Shown: in pieces, positions 9,192 to 20,000 of the stretch
Layout of the letters: each line of letters opens with the position of its first letter
Position numbering within the stretch: position 1 is the first letter of the stretch
Source: an uncultured cyanobacterium
GTDB taxonomy: Bacteria; Cyanobacteriota; Cyanobacteriia; CAKZMO01
DNA length: 64,000 nt
Reading direction: 5' to 3'
Assembly: GCA_963719515.1 (NCBI GenBank)
Contig: CAVRCJ010000010.1
Span: 352,001-416,000, forward strand
The notes under the pieces: model-generated
What the model was told of the DNA's origin: nothing
Seen by the model: the letters and a program-made list of their open reading frames with translations, nothing else
Databases searched by the model: none
Made by a program: the position numbers and the translations under genes

Positions 9192-10370
9192 ATGATTCCT
9201 CTCTATTCAAAAAGCTTGAAAGAATTTTCGTTTGGGCATAAGACTCTTGCCCGAAAGATTTCTCAAGAGAATGATTTATCATTTACCGGCTACTGGCGGC
9301 ATCGACTCCAATACTCCCTTCAAAATCAGGACTTTAGGTCGTGGTATCTGGGGTTATCGCAGGGAAAAATCGTCTTCTCCGATAGTGAGCCGCTGTCCAT
9401 CGATGGTTTACTGGCAATCGTCGAGCGCTACCTTCCCTCTCTCAGAAACGACAAGGCCAAGTATCTGCTCGGAACGTTGAAGCAGATGCTGCCCCCTGTC
9501 GATCAGCAGCAGCAGCTTAAAATGCTGCCAAACCTGCTTGAGAGCTGCTATAGACTAAAGCTCGCTCACCCCAAAGAGATTGAACGTGCTCTGCGTCTGA
9601 AAATTCTTCAAGACTTTGATGAAGTCTTGTTCGACTCTGTTGGCCATGCCGAGTTTTTGCCCGACTCAGACCTCTCACATCAAGTTCCAATCCCTGGGTT
9701 TGACCTCAAAGGAATGCTGTCTGAAGCACGTAGACGCAAAATAGTCTGGGATAAGGTGAAGACGATCATTCCGTCTCTAGATACGATATTGATGGCAAAC
9801 GACAGCGCCATTAAACAAGCCAGCCTGACCTCTGCTCAAAAAGTTCATCTGCAGAAGCTTATTTCCCACGGCGACTCTATAGACACTATTTCTGAGTCTT
9901 TGTGTCAGGACAGGCTGGAAATTGCCAAAGGGCTAGCGCAGCTGGTCAATAAAGGTCTGTTTTCAATTCAGCCTGCGGAGAAAGGCAAGAGATCAGAGAT
10001 CTTGATCGTTGATGACTCTCCGCTGATGCTGCAAATGTTTCAAACCCTCGTTTCGAGCTGGGGATATCCGGTGCGATCGCACTCTGAGCCCACCTCAGCC
10101 TTGGAGGTAATGCTTCAGTCCAACCCTGTTGCCATCTTCTTGGATGTCAACATGCCTGAAATTTCGGGCTTTGATTTGCTAAAGCAAATTCGCCGTCAGC
10201 CTGCGCTAGCGGGTATTCCTTTGATCGTTATGACTGCGGAGAGAACGCTCTCCAACAATTGGAGAGCGCAGTGGAGCGGCTGTCGCTTTTTATCAAAGCC
10301 CCTAGCTCCCGAGGAGTTTCCCAATTTTAAAATCGAGCTCCGCATGCTTTTAGAAACAATTTTAGGCTAG
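9192..10370 (+). CDS. PatA-type response regulator (PATAN-like N-terminus plus REC)
   Basis: FTGYW...WYLGLSQGKIVF N-terminus; C-terminal receiver ILIVDDS...FLDVNMP...LSKP; first gene of a che-like operon. Confidence 0.85.
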   Translation: MIPLYSKSLKEFSFGHKTLARKISQENDLSFTGYWRHRLQYSLQNQDFRSWYLGLSQGKIVFSDSEPLSIDGLLAIVERYLPSLRNDKAKYLLGTLKQMLPPVDQQQQLKMLPNLLESCYRLKLAHPKEIERALRLKILQDFDEVLFDSVGHAEFLPDSDLSHQVPIPGFDLKGMLSEARRRKIVWDKVKTIIPSLDTILMANDSAIKQASLTSAQKVHLQKLISHGDSIDTISESLCQDRLEIAKGLAQLVNKGLFSIQPAEKGKRSEILIVDDSPLMLQMFQTLVSSWGYPVRSHSEPTSALEVMLQSNPVAIFLDVNMPEISGFDLLKQIRRQPALAGIPLIVMTAERTLSNNWRAQWSGCRFLSKPLAPEEFPNFKIELRMLLETILG

Positions 10371-10498
10371 CGCCTATATTCTGCTTTAACGACGCTTCAA
10401 AATAGCTTTCCGGGTCGCCTAAATTGGGGCAGAACTAATAATTAGAAAAATATATCTGATTTCCTCTTCCTTTGAAACAAAGTGAGTAAGCTATAGCC

Positions 10499-10855
10499 AT
10501 GCAATTTCTGGTTGTTGATGATAGTGCTGTCGACCGGCAATTTTTGTCATCCCTGCTTCAGGATATGGGACATAATGTCGAATCTTACGACAACACAGCT
10601 GGGGTGGTAGATAAGCTCGCAACGGGGCAATATGCCTGTCTGTTTTTAGACATCGTGATGCCGGGCCAAGACGGCTACAGGCTTTTGAGAGAGATTCGCG
10701 CAAATCGAGAAACGGCGCGGCAAAACGTCGTATTTTACTCCACCAAAAATACCCCTGTAGAAGTCAAATATGGCCTACAGCGGACGGGGGCCAACGACTA
10801 CATTATCAAGCCCGCAAGTCGAGAGCGCCTCTCTGAGGTTTTGCAAAAGCTTTGA
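10499..10855 (+). CDS. CheY-like single-domain response regulator
   Basis: FLVVDDS, FLDIVMPGQDGY, GANDYIIKP. Confidence 0.92.
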   Translation: MQFLVVDDSAVDRQFLSSLLQDMGHNVESYDNTAGVVDKLATGQYACLFLDIVMPGQDGYRLLREIRANRETARQNVVFYSTKNTPVEVKYGLQRTGANDYIIKPASRERLSEVLQKL

Positions 10856-10916
10856 CGTTTTGCCTTGTCCTAGGGTGCCCCATCACCGCCGTTCTGTTGA
10901 TTTCTCTGGCTCACCT

Positions 10917-11354
10917 ATGAAACCGAATAGTCCGACCGTCAATTTTGCAGTCCAAGAAAGCCACTATATTTTGACCCAGGTGGGAGAGCGTCGAATTGCC
11001 TTTCCCACCCAGACCATTACAGGCATTTTGCTAACAGAGCGATCGCAGGTTTTGGCTCTGCCTTTTTACCACGAGATGATCTTGGGCGTCGTTCACTATC
11101 AGGGACAATTGGTCCCGCTGGTGACGCTACGACACCTGCTTGAAGGCAAGCCCAGCCCACTCAGAGAGGTTTTTAACGCAGTTCAGCTCAGCGAGTCCAC
11201 AAGCGTGCCGGGGTTAGGGCTAATTGTCGATCAACTCCTGGGGCACTGCGGTGAAGATCAAGTTGCTGATGATCACACCATAGAGCGGTTCCAGCCTCAG
11301 ATATTAGAGCCAACGCTGTGGCAGCCTCAGCGCTGGACCCCGCTGTCTTCATAG
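10917..11354 (+). CDS. CheW-like coupling protein
   Basis: LALPFYHEMILGVVHYQGQLVPLV and GLIVDQLLG; ATG at 10917 chosen because the longer ORF overlaps cheY. Confidence 0.85.
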   Translation: MKPNSPTVNFAVQESHYILTQVGERRIAFPTQTITGILLTERSQVLALPFYHEMILGVVHYQGQLVPLVTLRHLLEGKPSPLREVFNAVQLSESTSVPGLGLIVDQLLGHCGEDQVADDHTIERFQPQILEPTLWQPQRWTPLSS

Positions 11355-11416
11355 GGTTTGAAGTTCAGCAGGTTTGAAGTTAAACCACTATTCATCTTCT
11401 CAAGAGTAAAGCCATC

Positions 11417-14314
11417 ATGACCGCTCCAGGCCAAAACCTATGGGATTCTTCCGCCCAGACTGACGAGCAAGACAACGGCACAGTGCCCCCCTCTGCCGAT
11501 GCAGCGGCGATCGCTTACCCCTCATCCAAAGATGTAGAGGCCACAACGGTGTATCCGGACCAGCCTCGCAGAGGGATCAGCATTAGAATCAAGGCCATGG
11601 TCTTGGCAGCCCTTTTTGGGGTGGCGCCAGTGCTTGTCGTTAGCTTCATTGGCTATCGCTCAGCCAACAGCTCAATTACCGAAACGGTCGCCGAACAAGA
11701 GCTAGAAGAAGTCGACCAAATTGCGTCTCAGCTCAGCACCTATCTGCAAGAACGGATCACCAACGTCAAGACAATTTCAGCAGTTGTGACGGCGTCTCCG
11801 CTCTTTGAAGGCGATTCAACCGCCCAGGAAACCCGCCTAGAGCAAGCCCTCTCAGAGCAGCTCACCAAGTTTGTCGAAGGCGATCGCACCTACACCGGCA
11901 TTGGCGTTTACGATCTAGAAGGAAATTTGCGGCTGCAGTCATTGGGAGCGAGCCTTGATCCTAAGCAGGGAGATGTCCCCTACTTTATACAGGCTATAGA
12001 AACTGAGACCGCTACGGTGAGCGAGCCGGTACCCACTGCCGACGAACAAGATAGTCCCTACTCCGTCTACGTGACGGCCCCTATTACCGACCAGTCAGAG
12101 GACGTCAGAGCGGTCTTGGTCGCCCAAATCCCGGTTAGCCTGATCGGTGACTCAATTTTAGGAACAGGTGTTTCCGAGGAAGAGGAGGAGGGAGAAGAGT
12201 TTTATCGCCTAATAGACTCCTCCGGAAACATCATTCAAAGCCTACCAATTAGTACAGAAGACGTCGAAATTGGTTCGCCACTCACCGAGAAAATTCCCGG
12301 TTTTGAAGCCGTACAGGCCTCAAGGGAGCTGCAGACCTGGATCGGACCAACCGCTGCAGGTGAAGCCTTAATCGCCTACGCGCCGGTATCTGGAGTAGAG
12401 GGGCTGAACTGGAGCGTGGTGGCTTCCGAAACGACGGCGCAGGCCTTCGAAGCCCAGCAACAGCTCCTAAAAACCATTCTTGCAGGCACTGCGATCACGG
12501 GAATTATCGCGGTTCTGCTGGGGGTCTTGCTGGCAGAGCGGACCACTCAACCAATAGAGCGAGTGGCTAAAACCGTAGAATTGCTGGGTCAAGGAGACCT
12601 CCGGGCCCGGGTCTTAGTGCAGGGTAATGACGAACTAGCGGTGCTGGGCCACAACGTCAACCGGATGGCGGGTCAAATTCAAGCGCTGCTGCAGACCCTC
12701 AGTCAAAACGCGAATCAGCTCGACAAGCAAAACAACGTTTTGGCAGACCTAGCGCGCAATGAGGCTCTGATTCGAGGGGATGTGCCAGCGGCAGTCGAGG
12801 TGTTTGCTGAAGCAACGGCGAACACCCTAAATGTTGAGCGCGCGAGCGTCTGGGTCTACAACGCTGAGGTGGGCGAAGCCCTCTGCATCAACACCTCCGA
12901 TCAAAGCCGCCTTGAAGCCGCGCCTGCGGTAGGGGGGATAACGTCCGCCGATCTGCGAGCGATCGCCGAGAGCCAGGGGCGGGCCATCCGCGACGTTTCC
13001 CGCCACAGTAAACTGCAGGCGCTCCAGACTGCCGGTCATCTAGACCCCAACACAGTATCTGTTTTGGAGGTGCCGATTCAAATTGGGGGAACCGTGGTCG
13101 GCCTCTTGCGCTGCGAGCACCAGGGCGAGTGTAGAGACTGGAAACCTCAAGAGCAGCTCTTTGTCAGCTCTGTAGCCAACCTCGTGGCGATCGCCTTGGA
13201 GAGTGAAGTTTTGCAGAAGGAGGTAGACCACCTACTAGACGTGGTGTCTGAGGTGGAAGACGGTAACTTGACGATTCAGGCTCTGGTCAGCGATCGCAGC
13301 ACGGGGCTAGTGGCGGACACCTTCAATCGCCTTGTCGAACGGTTGACCGAAGTGCTTCAGCAAACTCTAGAAACTGCGCAGCAGGCCTACGAAAATGCCC
13401 AAAAGCAGAAGTCTCAAGCCGCTCGAATCGCCAGCAACGCTGAACAGCAGGCCCAAGGGGTAAATCAAGTCCTTCGATTTACAGATGAGGTCAAGGTGCG
13501 AGCCCAAGATACGGCTCGCCAGGTGGAGGCGAGCCGCGCTTCTCTACAGACGCTGCAGAAAACTGTAGAGCAGGGAAAAGACGCCGTTACCACCGTCACG
13601 GCGGGCATCGACATTCTTCAGGAGGACAGCGATCGCATCATCCAGCAGATGAAGACCCTGGGGGAGTTCGTCGGGCTTGCCGACCAGTTTGTCCAAGACC
13701 AAACTCAAATTGCTTCCCTAACCCAAACCCTGGCGCTCAATGCCTCTCTGGTGGCGGCCCGCGCGGCCGAACAGCGCGACCCTCGGCAGTTTGCGGTGGC
13801 GGCCCGTGAATTTGGGGCGATCGCCGCTCAGGTGAGCCAGCTGGCGCAACAGACCAACGACAGCCTGACTACCCTAGAGCAGCGCAGTACTCAAATTCAA
13901 AGCGTGGTCTTCGCTGTCGACGCCAACGTGCAGCGGGTCGGAAGCTTGGTCGACAGCTTTACCCGAGGTGTTGAACAGTCCAACCGGGTCTTTGAGAACG
14001 TTCAAGTCGTCACGTTGGAAGCGGTAGATGCCGAAGAGGCGGTTGCCCGAGCCAGTCAGGAGATTATCGATGCGGTGCAGTCAGCGACTGACGTCGTACG
14101 CACCATCACCGATATTACCGCTCAGACCGCTAATCTCACCCAAAACAACCGCACGCAGTCCGAGCAGATGGAAATCCTCTCTGGGCAGCTTTTGCAGACG
14201 ATCGCCTTCTTCCAGCTCCCCCCACCCCTGACGATCCCCCGTGACGTTCAGAGCAGCCTCCCAAGTGAAGCTGTCTCTGGCCCTGAAGACGCTCCAACAA
14301 CGATTACGGCCTAA
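11417..14314 (+). CDS. Methyl-accepting chemotaxis protein: TM-Cache-TM-HAMP-GAF-HAMP-signalling domain
   Basis: Two TM segments flanking a Cache-like region; HAMP (PIERVAKTVELLGQGDL...DELAVLGHNVNRM); GAF (ERASVW...VLEVPIQ...RDWKPQEQ); LALNASLVAARA. Confidence 0.9.
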   Translation: MTAPGQNLWDSSAQTDEQDNGTVPPSADAAAIAYPSSKDVEATTVYPDQPRRGISIRIKAMVLAALFGVAPVLVVSFIGYRSANSSITETVAEQELEEVDQIASQLSTYLQERITNVKTISAVVTASPLFEGDSTAQETRLEQALSEQLTKFVEGDRTYTGIGVYDLEGNLRLQSLGASLDPKQGDVPYFIQAIETETATVSEPVPTADEQDSPYSVYVTAPITDQSEDVRAVLVAQIPVSLIGDSILGTGVSEEEEEGEEFYRLIDSSGNIIQSLPISTEDVEIGSPLTEKIPGFEAVQASRELQTWIGPTAAGEALIAYAPVSGVEGLNWSVVASETTAQAFEAQQQLLKTILAGTAITGIIAVLLGVLLAERTTQPIERVAKTVELLGQGDLRARVLVQGNDELAVLGHNVNRMAGQIQALLQTLSQNANQLDKQNNVLADLARNEALIRGDVPAAVEVFAEATANTLNVERASVWVYNAEVGEALCINTSDQSRLEAAPAVGGITSADLRAIAESQGRAIRDVSRHSKLQALQTAGHLDPNTVSVLEVPIQIGGTVVGLLRCEHQGECRDWKPQEQLFVSSVANLVAIALESEVLQKEVDHLLDVVSEVEDGNLTIQALVSDRSTGLVADTFNRLVERLTEVLQQTLETAQQAYENAQKQKSQAARIASNAEQQAQGVNQVLRFTDEVKVRAQDTARQVEASRASLQTLQKTVEQGKDAVTTVTAGIDILQEDSDRIIQQMKTLGEFVGLADQFVQDQTQIASLTQTLALNASLVAARAAEQRDPRQFAVAAREFGAIAAQVSQLAQQTNDSLTTLEQRSTQIQSVVFAVDANVQRVGSLVDSFTRGVEQSNRVFENVQVVTLEAVDAEEAVARASQEIIDAVQSATDVVRTITDITAQTANLTQNNRTQSEQMEILSGQLLQTIAFFQLPPPLTIPRDVQSSLPSEAVSGPEDAPTTITA

Positions 14315-14354
14315 GACCTTTTTTGGCCTATTCCGCTGACCACAAACCCCAAGA

Positions 14355-16907
14355 ATGGATATGACAACGCTTCAACCCAGCTCCAGCTCAGGCTCAACCC
14401 GCCCCGCCCCGCTGCCAGATTTTGCGGGTGACCCTGCCTTCGCGCTGCCTCGAGGACAAGCGAAACTTCGTCAACTTTTAGGCATCCGGACTATTGTGAT
14501 CACCTCTTTCGTGGTTCCTATTGTGTTTGGAGTGGGGATAACGGGATGGCTTTCGATTCGAAATGGCCAAAAGGCGGTCAATGAGCTTGCGATTCAGATT
14601 CAGCAAGAAGTGAGCGATCTGATTACACAAGAGGTTGATCTTTTTCTAGACACGCCCCCCAATATCCACAGCACCATTGAAGCGGGTATTCAAAGCGGCT
14701 ATATCAAGCTTGATGACCTTTCAACCCTAGAATCCTACTTTCTACAGCAAATTCGGGCCGGCGTAGTGCCTGATATCATGTTTGCCAATCCTGAGGGCGA
14801 CGCCCTAGGAGTCCGGGAAAGAAGCGATGGCAGCATCACCGTCAGAGTCAAAGACGACAGCACTGGGGAGGCGCGCGAGAAATACGTCCTAGATGATCAG
14901 GGTAACCGGGTTGAGCTGATTCAAACCAAGGAATACAACACGCAAGAGCGCCCTTGGTACAAAGCCGCCGTAGACGCCGGACAGCCCACCTGGAGCGCTA
15001 TCTATCCTTCTGCAAACCTGCTGTGGCCGGAAATAAGCTCCGTCAGACCAATGTACGACGAGGCGGGGTCGCTCATTGGCGTCCTCGGCAGTGAGCTGAC
15101 CGTCGAGAACATCAGTCAGATGCTGCAGACCTTGGACATCAGTGATTCTGGGCAGGCGTTCATTATCGAGCGCAACGGCGACTTGGTTGCCAGCTCCACA
15201 GCAGAAGCACCTTTCCTCCTGGTGGACGAACAGGCCGTGCGCCTAGCGGTCACCGATAGCCAAGATCCGCTTACCCAGGGCACCGCCCAGTATCTGACAG
15301 AAACCTTCGGCAGCTTTGAGCAGATTGTATCGGGGCAGACCTTGAACTTTGAGCTAGGCGGCGAACGACAGCTTGTGAAGGTTACCCCACTGCAGGATGG
15401 GGAAGCCATCGACTGGCTTGTTGTGGTTGCGATACCCGAGTCAGACTTCATGGCCGGGATCAACGCCAGCACCACCAATACCCTTGCCCTATGCGGAACT
15501 TCGCTGGTCATTACTCTCCTAATAGGACTCTTGATCTCTCGCTGGATCACCGACCCGGTCATTCGCCTCAGTCGCGCGTCGGAAGCGATCGCCAGCGGAG
15601 ACTTAGGGCAGCGGGTCAGCGTCAAGGGAGCAGGAGAATTGAGCACCCTGGCCCGGTCGTTTAACCAAATGGCCCACCAGCTTGGGCAGGCGTTTACCGA
15701 TTTAGAGACGGCCAATACCGCCCTCGAAGCGCGGGTCGAGGACCGGACGTCAGCCCTGAATGAGCAGACCCAGATGCTGCAGGATGACATTGAGCAGCTG
15801 CTCGACATCGTAGACGCTGTGGAAGAGGGAGACCTCACGGTTTCTGCAACGGTGAACCCCACGTCCACCGGCCTAGTGGCCGATACCTTCAACCGTCTAG
15901 TTGAGCGCTTTGGCGAAGTCATGTCGACGGTAGCAGCGGCAGCGGGGCAGGTTAGTCAAAGGGCTGAGCAAGTAGAAACCCTAGCGGAGAGCACGGCCGT
16001 CAACGCGCGCCAGCAGGTAGAATCTGTGACCCAAATGCAGGGGTTGATGGAGCACATCAACACGCTGTCCCAGGGTAATACCCAGCATGTGTCGGCCACT
16101 GACGGCGCTATGGCTGACGCTGAGGGAGCGGTCGAACAGGGACAGCGAGAAATTACGGTGGTGAACAGCGACATCGACGTACTGCATCGGGAAATGCAGC
16201 AGATTGTGGGGCGGACTCAAACCCTGACCAACTACACCGATCTGGCGGCCCAGTTTGTGAAAGACCAAAAGCGGATTGCGTCTTTGACCCGCGTCTTGGC
16301 AATGAACGCCTCTATGCTGTCAACCCGCGCCGCGCAGCAGCAAGACCCCACCCAGTTTGCGGCCATCACGCGGGAATTTGAGGCGATCGCCACCCAGGTC
16401 AACGATCTGGCGGCCCAAACCAACCAGAGCTTGGTGGCGCTGCAGCAGCGCACCGAACAAATTCAAACGGTGGTGTCGGGCCTTAACAGCGACGTTACCG
16501 TCATTAGCCAGCGAACCGATAGCTTGACTTCAGGGGTCAACCAATCCAACAAGGCCTTTGAGCAAATTAAAATAGCAACCCGCAAGGTGGCTGAGCTCGG
16601 GGAGCAGGTGACTGAGTCTAGTTACGCGATCGCCGCCGCCGCCCAGGATGCCCTTCGGCCTATCCAGGACATCTCTGGAATTGCTCTCGAGACCTTTGAT
16701 CGCGCCAATCTCACGACAGAGCAGTCCCAGACCATGGAAAAGGTTGCCCGAACGCTGCGGCAAAGCGTGGCAGGTTTCCGATTGCCTACGGCCCTTGCGG
16801 CTGCCCAGCCTGACGAAGCAGATCCCGCAATCAACGTTGCGGCATCTCCACTCCCCCTCAACGCACTTGCTGACAATGCCGCTCAATCTGAGGGGGCCAG
16901 CTACTAA
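14355..16907 (+). CDS. Methyl-accepting chemotaxis protein: TM-dCache-TM-HAMP-HAMP-signalling domain
   Basis: dCache_1-type YNTQERPWY motif; HAMP (PVIRLSRASEAIASGDL...ELSTLARSFNQM); LAMNASMLSTRA. Confidence 0.9.
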   Translation: MDMTTLQPSSSSGSTRPAPLPDFAGDPAFALPRGQAKLRQLLGIRTIVITSFVVPIVFGVGITGWLSIRNGQKAVNELAIQIQQEVSDLITQEVDLFLDTPPNIHSTIEAGIQSGYIKLDDLSTLESYFLQQIRAGVVPDIMFANPEGDALGVRERSDGSITVRVKDDSTGEAREKYVLDDQGNRVELIQTKEYNTQERPWYKAAVDAGQPTWSAIYPSANLLWPEISSVRPMYDEAGSLIGVLGSELTVENISQMLQTLDISDSGQAFIIERNGDLVASSTAEAPFLLVDEQAVRLAVTDSQDPLTQGTAQYLTETFGSFEQIVSGQTLNFELGGERQLVKVTPLQDGEAIDWLVVVAIPESDFMAGINASTTNTLALCGTSLVITLLIGLLISRWITDPVIRLSRASEAIASGDLGQRVSVKGAGELSTLARSFNQMAHQLGQAFTDLETANTALEARVEDRTSALNEQTQMLQDDIEQLLDIVDAVEEGDLTVSATVNPTSTGLVADTFNRLVERFGEVMSTVAAAAGQVSQRAEQVETLAESTAVNARQQVESVTQMQGLMEHINTLSQGNTQHVSATDGAMADAEGAVEQGQREITVVNSDIDVLHREMQQIVGRTQTLTNYTDLAAQFVKDQKRIASLTRVLAMNASMLSTRAAQQQDPTQFAAITREFEAIATQVNDLAAQTNQSLVALQQRTEQIQTVVSGLNSDVTVISQRTDSLTSGVNQSNKAFEQIKIATRKVAELGEQVTESSYAIAAAAQDALRPIQDISGIALETFDRANLTTEQSQTMEKVARTLRQSVAGFRLPTALAAAQPDEADPAINVAASPLPLNALADNAAQSEGASY

Positions 16908-17075
16908 CCCGGAAAAGAGCGAGGTCTCTATTATCTAGCGCCTGCTGAACTGCCCTCGCTTCTCCACACCGCGCGATATCGCCCTTACCCTTTGTTCCCC
17001 GACCTTTACCTTATGCTTAACTCTAAAAAAGCTCCCCAGGCTCCAGTTAATTTTATCGGTGGTTCAGAAGACCTG

Positions 17076-20000
17076 ATGGAAGCTCAGCTGCAGCAAGAGC
17101 TTCTAAGCATGTTCGAGGTCGATACTCAAAAGGGGCTACAGGCCTACTTGGATCAGGCGAGTCATCTGCAGTCCGACCAGTGGAACACCGATATTCAAAC
17201 CCTCTATCGCGCAATCCACACCATCAAAGGCGGAGCCGTGACGGTGGGGGCCGACGCGATTCTGCAGGTAGCGACCGTGTTAGAGGATCTGCTCTCTGAT
17301 CTTCGCCGCTTAGAGACTGCTCCTCCCCTAGAAGACGGTCAGCTGACAAACATGCTGGTAGAGGCCGGAGAACTGCTGGCATCCGCCAGTTTAATTAAGG
17401 CCGAAAAGGCAGAGGCTCGTTCCCGGGTGGAACCCTCCGTACAGCGAATTCACTGGCTGCGATCGCACATCCAAGCGTGCTACTTACCCCATTGGAGCCC
17501 GCAAGAGCAAATTCAGCAGGAATTTGTTCAGCAGGGCTTCGACCTAGTGGTGCTCGATTTGGAAATTGCCCTGGAAAACCTCACCGTTGAGGGAGCCCTC
17601 CCTGAAGAGGTTCTCCAAACCGGCCGTAGTTTAGTCGAGCAGCTTCGCCAGATTGGAAACGATTTAGAGCTGTCTGCCGGTTGGCGCACCCTGCTTCAGC
17701 AGGCTGAAATCCTGCTGGAGCGCCGCAGTGTTGAGATTTGGCAAACCCAATGGCCGCGCCTGTTTCAAGCGCTAAAAGGCTCAATTCGTAGGGGGAGCGA
17801 GCCCGTTTCCTTTACCTTGGTGCTGCCCGAGGAGGCCGCTGACCCAGCGGCTACGTCACCGCTCCCACAGAGCGCAGCGTCTGACGCGACTGCCGGAATT
17901 GACGGCGCTGAGGCTAAGGGTAGCGCTGAGAGCCAGAGCATTACCGAGATTAGCTGGGCTGAAATTAGTGGAGCTGCCGAGAGCGAGAGCGATGACGAGA
18001 GCGATAATAGCGCCGAGGTATCAGACGTATTGACCGACGTCGGCGCGTTCCTTGATGAACTTGGCAGTCTAGAAGACCTCCCAACGGCCCTGCAGGATGC
18101 CGCTGACGAGGAGGCTCAAGATGAATTTTTAGGAGAGGCGGAGGCAGCGCAAACCACCGCCGAGGCTATAGAGACCCTCGCAGCCTTGGACTGGGCAGTC
18201 GCGGAGACAATGCAAGATTCGCTTTTAGAAGAAGTCCAGGCGACTCCCGCCGAGCCCTCCATTGAGGCTTTGCTTGAGCCTGTAGATCCCGCCTACGACT
18301 TGGCTATAGTGCCCCCAACGGAGTCAGATGCCGCCGAGCAAGTCCAAATTCCAGTTCCCCTAGAGCGCCTTGACCGGTCTGCTCAAGACCTAGTGGACGC
18401 CTTGCTATCGGTCAGAAGTACCCAGGGCATTTACAACGTTCTCCAAAACCAGATTCTGCAGCTCTCGTCCTTAGCTCAAGAAGGGGTTCAGTACATTACG
18501 CGCCTGCGGCAGATTCAGGACGACTACGCTTTAGTCGACACCCTCAACGATTTACGGCAGACAGGCCCTGAACCCGAGCGCTACCGTCAGGGTTACGTCA
18601 CCATCAACCGCCTGCTCGAAACCAGCCTGCGCCTATCGGAATTGGGCGCGGAGACCGAGAAGTCGGCAAAGGAAATGACCGAAAGTCTGCAGGTTTTGGA
18701 TGGCAACGTCCTTAAGCTACAGGCGACGGTAGAGGAAAGCCGCTTGGTTCCTTTTCGTAATCTCGCCTTTCGGACCAGGGCAATTCTTCGAGACCTGACG
18801 ACGCGCTTTGACAAGCCGGTCAAGCTGACGATTCAAGGAGAGCGTACTGAGCTAGACGTGGGCAGCGCCCGTAGTTTAGAGCCAGCCCTCCTCCACCTGA
18901 TTCGCAATGCCTTTAGCCACGCCATCGAGCCGTTAGAGGAGCGCCAAAGCTTGGGCAAGCCCAAACAAGGTACCCTCAGCCTGTCACTACAGCGCTTGGG
19001 TAATGTCTATCGGTTGAGTCTGCAAGACGATGGGCGCGGCATTGATGCTCAAGCAATTCGCGATCGCGCCTTGGACCTAGATCTTCCTCGGAGCGACACG
19101 TCAACCTCAGCTAACCTGCTGGCGGTCATTTGCCAGCCCGGGTTTAGCTCGAACACTGACGTGAGCGCCCTGTCTGGCCGAGGCGTCGGAATGGATGTGG
19201 TGGCGGCTCAGATTGACAAGATGGGGGGGAAGCTAACCCTAGAGACGAGCTTGGGACAGGGCACAACCTTCTCTCTACAGTTTCCGGTTCCTCACCTGCT
19301 GGTGTCCTGTCTGCTGCTGCGGGCGGGCGATCGCACGTTTGCCCTTCCGTTCGAAGATACCCGAAGCATTGCCCTCCTGGAGACCCTCGAAGCCACCCCA
19401 ACCCAGCAGGGTGCCTTCTCCTGGCAGATTAAAGCGGATGGCGAAGTGCTCCCCGGTCTCGATTTGCTGGACTACTGGCAGCCCCAGACCGGCGATCGCG
19501 CGCTGGAAGAAACTGCCGTTTGCACCTACGTTCAGCTCTCCGATGGCGGACAGGGCGTCTGGCTAATCGCCGATGACCTGCTGGGTCAGTCCGATCTGCT
19601 CATCAGCGCGCTTCCTACCCCGCTGCAGGCCCCCGAAGGCGTCATGGGAGTTAGCTTACAGACCGATGGGACACTGGTTCCGGTGCTCAACGTCGCTGCG
19701 ATTGTTGACCACCTGCGTGCCAGACCCCAAAGCTTTAGGGCGACTTCTGATCAATTTTCTGGCCAATTTTCTGGCGACACCCCAGACAGCGCCTTCAGCA
19801 CGCCGACAATTTTAATTGTGGACGATGCCGCGCTGATGCGGCGACGCATTGAGGCCAGCCTCAACTCCCACGGCCATCCTACTCACACCTGCGCTGATGG
19901 CCTAGAAGCCTGGAACTGGCTGAAGGCCAACCCAGCGCCTGCCCTAGTGATCACCGACATTGAGATGCCAAACATGGACGGCTTCACGCTCATTGATCGC

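Noticed and set aside
11417..14314. Calling the operon pixGHIJ1J2L (phototaxis)
   Set aside because: Gene order is similar, but the GAF lacks chromophore motifs and the signalling tips are atypical, so no gene symbols were assigned.
15116..15922. 268-aa antisense ORF and the many other overlapping ORFs in the track
   Set aside because: Shadow frames of well-supported genes, expected at this GC content.
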